DNA from: Myxococcota bacterium
GTDB taxonomy: Bacteria; Myxococcota_A; Bradymonadia; UBA7976; UBA1532
Assembly: GCA_036337435.1 (NCBI GenBank)
Contig: JAYZEG010000011.1
Span: forward strand, 1 to 64,000
Direction of reading: 5' to 3'
DNA: 64,000 bases
Program-made: the position numbers and the translations under genes
Part shown: piece after piece, positions 9,200-17,941 of the stretch
Layout of the letters: every line of letters starts with the position of its first letter
Numbering within the stretch: the first letter of the stretch is position 1
The notes under the pieces: model-generated
Told to the model about the DNA's origin: nothing
Seen by the model: only the letters and a program-made list of their open reading frames with translations
Databases searched by the model: none

Positions 9200-10423
9200 A
9201 TGAACATCGAATTCTTTTATGACATCGTCTGTCCCTATGCCTACCTGGCTTCCACCCAGATTGAAGCACTTGCTGAACGTAATGGTGCCACCGTGAGTTG
9301 GAAACCCGTTTTGCTGGGTGGCATCTTTCGGTCTATCGGAGGCCAACAAGTGCCGATGGCGACCATGAGTCCGCCCCGGGCACGTCTCAATATACTCGAT
9401 CTGGAACGTTGGGCTGACTTGTGGAATGTCCCGTTTGAATTTGCCGATGGCCATCCTCGGCGTTCGGTGGAGGCGATGCGATTACTGACGGCTCTCTCGG
9501 GTCGAGAGCGTGTTGCCATGAGTCAACGTTTGTTTCGTGCATATTGGATTGAGGGCTTAGACATTTCAAACTGTGCTGTGCTCGACAAACTTGCTTCGGA
9601 GATGGGGTATTCGTCTGGACTTTTTGAGACCGGAGTTGCACGGGAGGGTCTGTTCGCATGTACGGCTCAAGCGGTTCAAAAAGGGGCTTTTGGTGTCCCT
9701 GCTTTTGTCGTGGATAACCGATTATGGTGGGGGCAAGATAGACTCCATTTTGTCGAGGAAGCCCTCGGAGGAATCCCCTCCCTGCCCACTGGGAAAAAAG
9801 CAAGCGGCGACCCCATCGTGCGTTTCTACCATGATTTTTCTAGCCCTTTTAGCTACCTGGCGGCGACGCAAATCGAGCGGGTGGTTGCCGCTCATGGGGC
9901 TCGGCTCCAATGGCGCCCAATTCTATTGGGTGCCCTGTTTCGTGACATTGGAACTCCAGATGTTCCCCTTTTCGAAATGTCTGAGCCAAAGCGTCGTTAC
10001 ATGTCGACAGATTTGTCGGACTGGGCAAAATTCTGGGGCGTGGACTTTACCTTCCCTTCGAGTTTTCCCATTCGGACTGTTCAACCTTTACGCGCAGCCC
10101 TGGTTGAGCCGAGTTTAACGGGTCCGATTTATCGCGCCGCCTGGGCTGACGGACGACCCATTGACGATCCTGCGGTGTTGGCAGATATTATCACCGAGGC
10201 AGGTTTCGATGCACAGTCAATCTTGGCTCAGACGGCGGACGCCACCATTAAGGCTTCATTGCGCAAGAATACTGAGGAAGCTCAAAAGATCGGTGCTTGT
10301 GGTGTACCTACATTTCATCTGATTCATCCAACGACTGACAAGGAACCACTTTTAATCTGGGGCCAGGACCGCATTCACATGCTGGAACACGCTCTCTTGG
10401 GCTGGCACCCACATTGCGGTTAG
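9200..10423 (+). CDS. Tandem double-domain 2-hydroxychromene-2-carboxylate isomerase / GST-kappa (DsbA superfamily) protein
   Basis: Start moved to ATG 9200. Two homologous domains: IEFFYDIVCPYAYLA...GAFGVPAF...WGQDRL and VRFYHDFSSPFSYLA...GACGVPTF...WGQDRI. Confidence 0.9.
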   Translation: MNIEFFYDIVCPYAYLASTQIEALAERNGATVSWKPVLLGGIFRSIGGQQVPMATMSPPRARLNILDLERWADLWNVPFEFADGHPRRSVEAMRLLTALSGRERVAMSQRLFRAYWIEGLDISNCAVLDKLASEMGYSSGLFETGVAREGLFACTAQAVQKGAFGVPAFVVDNRLWWGQDRLHFVEEALGGIPSLPTGKKASGDPIVRFYHDFSSPFSYLAATQIERVVAAHGARLQWRPILLGALFRDIGTPDVPLFEMSEPKRRYMSTDLSDWAKFWGVDFTFPSSFPIRTVQPLRAALVEPSLTGPIYRAAWADGRPIDDPAVLADIITEAGFDAQSILAQTADATIKASLRKNTEEAQKIGACGVPTFHLIHPTTDKEPLLIWGQDRIHMLEHALLGWHPHCG

Positions 10424-10438
10424 ACAGGATATACGGCT

Positions 10439-11557
10439 ATGAGAATCCCAATTTTAGACCTGAAAGCTCAAGTTCAAACCTATCGTACGGATGTACTTGC
10501 CGCCATCACCCGAGTGGTCGATCATCAGCAATTTATCATGGGCGATGAGGTCAAAGCTTTCGAATCAAAACTGGCTAAGTATGCGGATGTGTCCCGATGT
10601 TTGGGGGTTTCCTCCGGTACAGACGCCCTGCTCGCAGCACTCATGGGGCTTGATATCGGTGTGGGCGACAAAGTACTCACCACACCATTTAGTTTCTTTT
10701 CGACTGCCGGCGTCGTCGCCCGCTTAGGGGCTGTTCCAGTCTTTGTCGATATAGACCCGCAAACCTATAATTTGAACAGCGCGCTGATTGAGGCAGCGTT
10801 AACGGATGATATCAGGGCGATTATCCCCGTCCATCTTTACGGACAGATGGCTGATATTGCAGATTTTGCAAACAGGCCTGGGCGTCCGCCGATCGTCGAA
10901 GATGCAGCCCAGGCTCTTGGTGCGCGCCTGCATGGGAAAATGACAGGTCATTACGGGGATTGCGCTTGTGTCAGCTTCTTTCCATCCAAAAACCTCGGCG
11001 GTTTTGGTGACGGTGGTGGGCTCCTAGTTCAAAACCAAGAGTTTGCCGACAAACTGAGTATTCTGCGTCTCCACGGCGCGAAGCCAAAATATCACCATCA
11101 CATCGTCGGCGGCAATTTTCGCCTCGATGCGATACAAGCGGCGATTCTTGGCGTTAAATTACCCCATCTGGACTCCTGGGCCGATTCACGTCGACACAAT
11201 GCGCATTGGTACAATGAGGCGTTGTGCGAAGCCGGATTGGTGTCACGAGGCTTAGTGACAACACCGTTAGAGCTTCCTGATGCAACCCACGTCTACAACC
11301 AGTACGTCTTACGTGCCACTCGGCGCGACGAGTTAAGGGTCTTCTTAGGCGACCGGGGGATTGGCACAATGGTTTACTACCCGAAGCCATTACATGTACA
11401 GCCTTGCTTTAAACACTTGGGTTATGGTCCAGGAGATTTCCCCCACGCGGAGCGTGCGGCTGAGTCCGTGTTAGCCATTCCCGTCTACCCTGAGCTGACA
11501 CGTGAGCAGCAGCAATTTATCGTTGATTCAATCGCGGACTTTTACGGGGTCGGTTAA
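10439..11557 (+). CDS. DegT/DnrJ/EryC1/StrS family PLP-dependent aminotransferase
   Basis: SSGTDAL, IIPVHLYGQ, EDAAQA, SFFPSKNLGGFGDGG, NFRLDAIQAA. Confidence 0.95.
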   Translation: MRIPILDLKAQVQTYRTDVLAAITRVVDHQQFIMGDEVKAFESKLAKYADVSRCLGVSSGTDALLAALMGLDIGVGDKVLTTPFSFFSTAGVVARLGAVPVFVDIDPQTYNLNSALIEAALTDDIRAIIPVHLYGQMADIADFANRPGRPPIVEDAAQALGARLHGKMTGHYGDCACVSFFPSKNLGGFGDGGGLLVQNQEFADKLSILRLHGAKPKYHHHIVGGNFRLDAIQAAILGVKLPHLDSWADSRRHNAHWYNEALCEAGLVSRGLVTTPLELPDATHVYNQYVLRATRRDELRVFLGDRGIGTMVYYPKPLHVQPCFKHLGYGPGDFPHAERAAESVLAIPVYPELTREQQQFIVDSIADFYGVG

Positions 11558-11809
11558 CTCATTGAGTCGGTCACCACTCTCTATTTGGGCATAAATCAAA
11601 AAAGGCTCGCAATTAAGGTAGGTTTTTGAGATGATCCGACTCAGGAGCTCACAAATTGAGTCGGCCAAGAGGCCATCAATCGAGCAAGCTTTCCTCCGAA
11701 ATAGCGGTTGTCGTTGTGCTTCGAGTACCAGTGGATCGACGGATGGAAGGCTTCATATTAGCCCAAACATGGGCTGTCTTCAGACAAGAAAGGCCGTCGC
11801 AGAAATACA

Positions 11810-13600
11810 ATGCGGTTGTCAACCTACATTCAAAGAACGCGTGTGCTGGGTTCGCTCAAAGTCGATGAACACACCATCGAATCCATTGCAGAAAAAATGG
11901 AGGATCCGGCGACCACGTTTGATGATATCCTTGCACTTCGCTCCGAACGCGTGAGTCCACTTCTACTGCTCGGGATCTGGCGAGCGGCCAAACGCCATGG
12001 CCAACATCAGGCCTACTTGAGTTCGGTAGCCGAGCGGAGACGGGCTGAACGGCGGGACCCGATTGCGTGGGCGCTTCTCAAGGCCACGACGGCTCGCCAT
12101 GAAGTTGCAGCCGTTGAGCGTGCAGAAGCCTTAGCTCCGACTGGACGGTCTGCGGAACACAGGCGCAGGGATGCGGTCAAAGCGGCGATCACGTTGTGGA
12201 ATTCGTGCCTCGCGATCGCACGCAAGGAAGCCAAGTTACAGATTAGTTTAGATACAGACGATGCTGCACTTTCAGCCGACTACGCCGGTTTTGTCGATAC
12301 GGTTTTTGTCAATGATGTACCTGCCCATCGTTGGTTGGGGATTCGTCGGGGTGGTCGCTTAGGTATTTTAAGACTTAAGTTTCAACTGCCCGTGGAACGC
12401 TTGCAGGCACAAATCGAAGCTCGCCGCGGTAGCTTGTCGGCGGTTGCTGCTGGTCGAGACGACGAGACGCTCTTAGACGCGCTCGTCCTCACGGACTTGA
12501 TTCAATGGTTGTTGGCCTTAAAAGATGAAGAAGCCCACTTCCTTGCGATGCGAAGCGCCGGCGATACATACCTCAACATGCTGTCGGCCAAGCCACCGAA
12601 AAATAGAGTTTTTGCTGCCATCAATGTACCAACATCTGGCCCTGTTGGGCTGGCGATCCTCTTGCGCGACGGGCGTCTCGTTGGCCATGACACGATTCAT
12701 GTATCTGAGACTTTGGTCGCCGATTTAGAAAAGGCCATTGGGACCCACCCAGTCGAGGCGATTATCCTACCGAGCGATTCAAAACGACCAGAGGTTCTGC
12801 GTCAAATCTCGGATGGTTTTAGTGCATTGGAAGTGATCCGAACGTCCACTAAAGCAATGAAAGTCGCCATGTCGGCTGTCACCAACGACGTGCCAAAGGC
12901 CACAAAGGGTGCCATCGTCCTTGGGCGTCGGACTGTGTGCCCCAAGTCCCACTGGCTTGAGCTAGACCCCGTGAGCCTTAATCTGGCAGAATACCAGAGA
13001 GAACTGGATGAAGATGCGTTGCGTTCCTTTTTCGAGGAGATGCAGGCATTGGCCAGGGCAGGGATTCTTCCCAACGCGTTGAAGCTCGAAAGCTCAGCAT
13101 CCAAAGGTGCAAAACTACAAGCACGCCCAAGCCTAAAGAGCCTCAATCCGTTGGTGAAAAACACGGAAGATTTACGACCAGGCATGCAATTAGATGGCGT
13201 GGTGACCAATATCACCCAATTTGGTGCATTCGTGAACGTTGGCCTGCCGCATGAGGGATTGGTTCACGTATCCGAACTGGCCGACCATTTTGTATCGGAT
13301 CCAAACGAAGTCGTGACCATTGGGCAATCCGTCAAGGCCAACGTTTTAGGAATCGACATCGCGAGGCGACGGATCTCACTTTCCATGCGAACGAATAAGA
13401 AAGCCGCGCGACCTCAGGAACCGAGGCATGACCCAGAACGCATCGACGGGCCGCCTAAGCGACGAGGAGAGCCCCTCGACGACATACCCGGCCGGTCTAG
13501 ACCTCAAAATCGACCCAGTCTGAATCGGGGTCGACCCGCAGGGAACGTAAGCCGGTCCCAAGCTCTGGCCGACCTTGAGGCGCTGTTCAAAAAGAAATAA
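11810..13600 (+). CDS. Divergent Tex/YhgF-like protein with C-terminal S1 RNA-binding domain
   Basis: Intact S1 (DLRPGMQLDGVVTNITQFGAFVNVG...GLVHVSEL...RRISLSMR). Remnant Tex motifs PAHRWLGIRRG and GAIVLGRR...LDPVSLNLAEYQREL. Confidence 0.8.
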   Translation: MRLSTYIQRTRVLGSLKVDEHTIESIAEKMEDPATTFDDILALRSERVSPLLLLGIWRAAKRHGQHQAYLSSVAERRRAERRDPIAWALLKATTARHEVAAVERAEALAPTGRSAEHRRRDAVKAAITLWNSCLAIARKEAKLQISLDTDDAALSADYAGFVDTVFVNDVPAHRWLGIRRGGRLGILRLKFQLPVERLQAQIEARRGSLSAVAAGRDDETLLDALVLTDLIQWLLALKDEEAHFLAMRSAGDTYLNMLSAKPPKNRVFAAINVPTSGPVGLAILLRDGRLVGHDTIHVSETLVADLEKAIGTHPVEAIILPSDSKRPEVLRQISDGFSALEVIRTSTKAMKVAMSAVTNDVPKATKGAIVLGRRTVCPKSHWLELDPVSLNLAEYQRELDEDALRSFFEEMQALARAGILPNALKLESSASKGAKLQARPSLKSLNPLVKNTEDLRPGMQLDGVVTNITQFGAFVNVGLPHEGLVHVSELADHFVSDPNEVVTIGQSVKANVLGIDIARRRISLSMRTNKKAARPQEPRHDPERIDGPPKRRGEPLDDIPGRSRPQNRPSLNRGRPAGNVSRSQALADLEALFKKK

Positions 13601-13611
13601 TTGAGAGGCCG

Positions 13612-14199
13612 TCACTCGCGTCCGAAAAACCAAGCCGTTTCTACGCCGATAGACCAGACGACCATCGATGCTTTGGCATCGCCTGTTGCCGGCAGGAAAT
13701 AGCCCCTGGCGAAGGGCGAAGCTGTGAATTCGCTTCCAGATGCGCGTCTCCAGCGCACGTCATACTGAGTGCCGACCATGTGAATTCCACCCGCGACGGA
13801 GCCGTTAAACCCTTGTTGATTTGTTTCTTCCAGACGGCCTACACCAAGGCCTGTTCCGCCCTGTAATAAGAATGGAATCGTTTCATGGACCTGCCAACTG
13901 AAGTCCATGAGTAACCCACCGTGAAAACTGCTGTACAGCCCTTGATTGCCCTCGGCCGACCCGCCTGCAATGCTCAATCCGAGCGTGAATCGATCAAACA
14001 CTTCCTCTCCGAATCTGAGCTGAAAAGATTGACCGGTATTCGAGCCGGCAGAATTGCCGTCGTCGTCAAGAGCAGTGCCCAGCGATGCCCCAGCAGACAG
14101 TGCGATATAGCTGCCTCGAGGACCGCGATCCTCGGGGGCGGACCATGCGACTGATAAGCCGCTAGAGGTCAAAATTATAGAGAGTGTGATTCGCAGCAT
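13612..14199 (-). CDS. Small outer-membrane beta-barrel protein (OmpA/OmpW-like, probably 8-stranded)
   Basis: Signal peptide; Gly/aromatic alternating strands; terminal strand SIGVETAWFF; AGGAG RBS. Confidence 0.7.
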   Translation of the reverse strand: MLRITLSIILTSSGLSVAWSAPEDRGPRGSYIALSAGASLGTALDDDGNSAGSNTGQSFQLRFGEEVFDRFTLGLSIAGGSAEGNQGLYSSFHGGLLMDFSWQVHETIPFLLQGGTGLGVGRLEETNQQGFNGSVAGGIHMVGTQYDVRWRRASGSEFTASPFARGYFLPATGDAKASMVVWSIGVETAWFFGRE

Positions 14200-14362
14200 A
14201 CTCGATCTCCTGATACGTAAGGGATATCTACTGAATGTAGAGATGTAAAGGTAAGTCTGGGCAGCTATGGTGCCGACTCCCTTAGCATCAGTTTTCTACC
14301 GAGCGGCCGCTGGGACGACGGTGCACTTGTTGGACCCGCGCAACCGGACTATGGTTGCCGAC

Positions 14363-14755
14363 ATGATGTCAAAGTCTAAAATGATGTCCATCGCCGCGCT
14401 GCTTCACGATTTTGTCGTCGGCATCTGTCTTCTCTTTGCCAGTGGCTTTGTCCATGAACTCACGGTTGGTGCTTTGATCCGGACGACCTTTTATATTCCA
14501 CAGGCTTTAGGTCTTGTCGTCTGCCTTCGTGGGTTGGTTCTGTTAAAATTTTTGCTCCGACCTGACGTGCGTCAAGGGGCAGGTATGGCGGCACTCTGGG
14601 GAGCACAATGTGTGATTTGTGCCATGACCGCCCTCGCCCTGACAGGGCATCAGGGTCATGGTGTTTTTGTCTATGCGTTATGGAGCGTTGTGTCCGTGGG
14701 GTTCACCAGTTATTTCTGGATTCTGACGCGTCAGTCTCCTTACTCGGCGTCCTGA
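14363..14755 (+). CDS. Small integral membrane protein (about 4 TM), unknown function
   Basis: Four hydrophobic segments; start uncertain (14351, 14363 or 14381). Confidence 0.65.
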   Translation: MMSKSKMMSIAALLHDFVVGICLLFASGFVHELTVGALIRTTFYIPQALGLVVCLRGLVLLKFLLRPDVRQGAGMAALWGAQCVICAMTALALTGHQGHGVFVYALWSVVSVGFTSYFWILTRQSPYSAS

Positions 14756-15867
14756 GATTTCATATAAACATCGAGCTTGTTGTACGGAATTTCAATCCCA
14801 GCCTCGTTGAGCAGCTTGTAAATGGTTCTGTTTGTTTGATCCGTCGTCACCTCTCGAATATTGGGATCGCGCAGCCAGCAAATATAATGAAAAATCAGAC
14901 CCGAATCGCCAAGTTCTCTTAAAACGATCTTCTTTGGTCTGGTCGTATCAATGCCAGCGATATCGTCAGAGACAGTTTGCAAGGCCTTGTCTACCCTGTC
15001 TGTGGAGGTTCCGTAGGCAACAGCGAAGGGCAATCGGATACGATATTTGTCACCGGATAGGCCGGACGTCTCGTTCAGAATTCTCGAGTTTGCAATGATG
15101 CTATTGGGAATGATGACTTCGATTTTGTCCGAGGTCTCAATGCGGGTCGTTCGCACGCCGACATGAGTGACTTTTCCCCGTGTGCCATCTTCTATCGTGA
15201 TGAAATCTCCCTTTTTAAAGGGGGTATCCGCTAAGATCGAAACACCGGCGAATAGGTTGGCGAGAGTATCTCTTGCACCAAAACCCAAGGCGACACCGAG
15301 CACGCCAGCTGATGCGAGCCAACCACTGACGTCCGCACCCCACGCCTTCAGCAACAAATAAACGGCCAGCAGAGTAACCGCGATGCGTATAATGAAGTTA
15401 AAGACCGGAACCAAATTGGCCGATAAAATCCCTCGATTCTTCGCTTGATCCGCAATCAGAGTGAGCACTTGCGTCATGACCTTAGTGCCAATGCCAGCCC
15501 AGACGACGATCGCAATGGTTTGGGCCACTGGAACGATGTGGAACTTTTCAACGAAGTTCGACCCGGCAGCAAAGTCGATGATAAGCCAGGTTAAACCGAT
15601 GACCAGGACAGTGATGTAGAGGGGCGTGCCAAGCTGCTTTATAACTTCATCGTCGATTGGTGTCTGGGTTCTTTCAGCCACCTTCAACAGTAAATTAACC
15701 AGCCATTTTCTAACGACGATTGCTGTCACTATGGTGATGGCTAGGACCACCAGTGTTTGCTCCCAATTATGGTCTTCGGCCCAGGCAACAAACTTTGTCC
15801 ACATGGCATCGAAGCCTGACGATTTAGCGAGCAATGTGGTCGGAAAAAGCAGGATCTGATTCATCAT
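14740..15867 (-). CDS. Small-conductance mechanosensitive channel (MscS family)
   Basis: LASAGVLGVALGFGARDTLANLFAG, PFKKGDFI, GVRTT, IIPNS, VAYGT, GIEIPY. Confidence 0.93.
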   Translation of the reverse strand: MMNQILLFPTTLLAKSSGFDAMWTKFVAWAEDHNWEQTLVVLAITIVTAIVVRKWLVNLLLKVAERTQTPIDDEVIKQLGTPLYITVLVIGLTWLIIDFAAGSNFVEKFHIVPVAQTIAIVVWAGIGTKVMTQVLTLIADQAKNRGILSANLVPVFNFIIRIAVTLLAVYLLLKAWGADVSGWLASAGVLGVALGFGARDTLANLFAGVSILADTPFKKGDFITIEDGTRGKVTHVGVRTTRIETSDKIEVIIPNSIIANSRILNETSGLSGDKYRIRLPFAVAYGTSTDRVDKALQTVSDDIAGIDTTRPKKIVLRELGDSGLIFHYICWLRDPNIREVTTDQTNRTIYKLLNEAGIEIPYNKLDVYMKSQDAE

Positions 15868-16904
15868 TTTTTCTCCATTAACGACCCGGTACGAACATCT
15901 GCTTTAAAGTGAGTTTGGCGTAAATCGCAGATCCTGAATGCATCCGTCAAGTGATCAAGATCAGAGGTGTCAGGTAGACCGGTCATACGGGCCAGATGTC
16001 TGATCACCATGGCCGGTTCAATACCAACGTCTCGAATCTCTTCAATGGCCGTCGAGCCATCCCGTTTGGACAAACGTTCTCCGGTTGCTGACAGAACTAA
16101 ACCGACGTGTCCATATTGTGGCTCGGGTAGCTTCAACAAGCGGATCACCAGCAGTTGGCGGGCCGTCGACGGCAGGAGGTCATTGCCCCTCAATACTTGG
16201 GTGCACCCCATCGCGATATCGTCCCAGGCACATGCGATTTGATAGGCCGCGACGCCATCGACTCGACGAACGACAAAATCGCCTATCGAACCCTCTAAAT
16301 CGAATGATTGCGGACCCGCAACGGTGTCGTTAAAGGCCATGGTTGGCGTGTCGAGAAGCTCGATTGCCCGCCGTACGTCCAGCCTGAGTGCCGGGGTTCG
16401 TCCATTTTTCTTCGGGAGGTTGTCTAGATTTTTCAGAGGGCCGATGTGCGACGGTCTACAGGTCCCCGCATAAATGGGTCCCTCATCGCTTGCATGAGGT
16501 GCAATGGCCGCTTGTCGGACCTCTTTCCTGGAACACCAACAGGGGTATAGACATCCGAGGCGATTGAGTTTGTCTAAAATGACATCGTATTGCGAGAAGC
16601 GCTCCGATTGCCGGTAAGGCCCAACAGGACCACCGACTCTCGGACATTCATCATAGGTCAGTCCAAGCCAATCGAGATCATCATATATCCCCTCTAAGCA
16701 ACCTTTTGGAATGGCTTTCGGGTCTAGGTCTTCTATACGAAGAATGGTCCTCAGATTTTCCGACTGTGCACCCAGCCAAGCGAGAAACGCTGTCCGAGCA
16801 TTGCCCAAATGAAGACGTCCCGTCGGTGTTGGAGCAAATCGGCCAGCGCCGATTCTCGGCGTATTCAAAATGAGCGTTGATGACATAATCGAATCAAACG
16901 TCAA
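15864..16904 (-). CDS. gluQ: Glutamyl-Q tRNA(Asp) synthetase
   Basis: GRFAPTPTGRLHLGN, LRIEDLD, YPCWCSRK, GDFVVRR, RGNDLL, LSKR; no anticodon-binding domain (346 aa). Confidence 0.92.
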   Translation of the reverse strand: MTFDSIMSSTLILNTPRIGAGRFAPTPTGRLHLGNARTAFLAWLGAQSENLRTILRIEDLDPKAIPKGCLEGIYDDLDWLGLTYDECPRVGGPVGPYRQSERFSQYDVILDKLNRLGCLYPCWCSRKEVRQAAIAPHASDEGPIYAGTCRPSHIGPLKNLDNLPKKNGRTPALRLDVRRAIELLDTPTMAFNDTVAGPQSFDLEGSIGDFVVRRVDGVAAYQIACAWDDIAMGCTQVLRGNDLLPSTARQLLVIRLLKLPEPQYGHVGLVLSATGERLSKRDGSTAIEEIRDVGIEPAMVIRHLARMTGLPDTSDLDHLTDAFRICDLRQTHFKADVRTGSLMEKK

Positions 16905-17941
16905 GGTGCCTTGGATGGCTGTTGAGGCTGGGTTTTCGGTGGGTCTTTAGGCCACTGGTCTCTTGGTAGGGGCCAGCCTTGTGCCGGTGCGCCCTTTTCG
17001 ATTTTACTGCGATCGATCAGATCATCGGCTTTGGTCTTCAATACAGCTGACGCGTTAAACTTATGGATCAGCGCAACAAAATCTTTGCCCTCAGCCTTTA
17101 GGTACACATAACGATCTGTCTCAGCACCCACGGCATAGCTAACCGAGCCCGAGGGTCCCTTTAAGAAAACCGTTGCGCGGGCATTCTGTCCTAAGCCGTA
17201 CTCTGGTTTCAGTTCACGGCCAGCCGGTAGATTGAGTTTAATTGTCTGAGCGGCTCGGACTAGGGACCGGACTCGAGCAAGGTCGATGACCACATCGGGC
17301 GGCAACTGTGCCACAGACCATGTCCCGTCTTCATTTTGCTGTGCATCGATGGCCCCATGTTGGTTTAAAATCCTCATCTCGGTCGCACCCTCAAGGCGGA
17401 CATAATCGGTATCCGCGTAGTCATCGATTTGATGACTTAAGTTCCAAGCCTGGACGCCGCGCGCGAGATACACTTCGTCTTGTCCATCGTACCTCGCGTG
17501 CATCGACTGACCTTTCGCATTCCCTGCGTAAATCACCGTGTTTTGGCCAGCCTTGGTCTTCAATCTGATCTGCTTGTCATAGCTTTGCACGCCGACTTGC
17601 AAAGCGTTGTGGTTTTCGGGTTTGGTTGCGACCGGGCGTCTGATCTTGGCGAGGGTCAGACGGCCGAGCATGTCATTGACCTTCCCCGAGTCCAGTGGGA
17701 AATTCTCGGCCGCCGGAAGCACCCAACCCATGTCTCCACGGCGCATTGTGACGCTGGCACCATCATCGGTTTTCAACTCCCCGGGCATACGCGAGATGGT
17801 GATTTCGATCACGTCCTCAGGCGAAAAGTCGAGGAGGGTTCTTGTCTCGACTTCAATCACGCGTTTAGACGACCAGGTGTAACCAGCGACGCCCACTTGC
17901 AGCAGGAGCAAGACCAAGAGATTTCGGTTCACGGATTTCAT
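16901..17941 (-). CDS. DUF4340 domain protein (Gld-like ABC accessory)
   Basis: N-terminal TM; two internal repeats; typical position downstream of a GldG-like gene; ATGA coupling. Confidence 0.75.
   Translation of the reverse strand: MKSVNRNLLVLLLLQVGVAGYTWSSKRVIEVETRTLLDFSPEDVIEITISRMPGELKTDDGASVTMRRGDMGWVLPAAENFPLDSGKVNDMLGRLTLAKIRRPVATKPENHNALQVGVQSYDKQIRLKTKAGQNTVIYAGNAKGQSMHARYDGQDEVYLARGVQAWNLSHQIDDYADTDYVRLEGATEMRILNQHGAIDAQQNEDGTWSVAQLPPDVVIDLARVRSLVRAAQTIKLNLPAGRELKPEYGLGQNARATVFLKGPSGSVSYAVGAETDRYVYLKAEGKDFVALIHKFNASAVLKTKADDLIDRSKIEKGAPAQGWPLPRDQWPKDPPKTQPQQPSKAP

Noticed and set aside
10439..11557. Polysaccharide or antibiotic biosynthesis cluster around the DegT aminotransferase
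   Set aside because: No neighbouring glycosyltransferase, dehydrogenase or PKS/NRPS genes; it appears to be an orphan.
15864..16904. gltX (GluRS) call
   Set aside because: Too short, no anticodon-binding domain, and motifs fit GluQ-RS.
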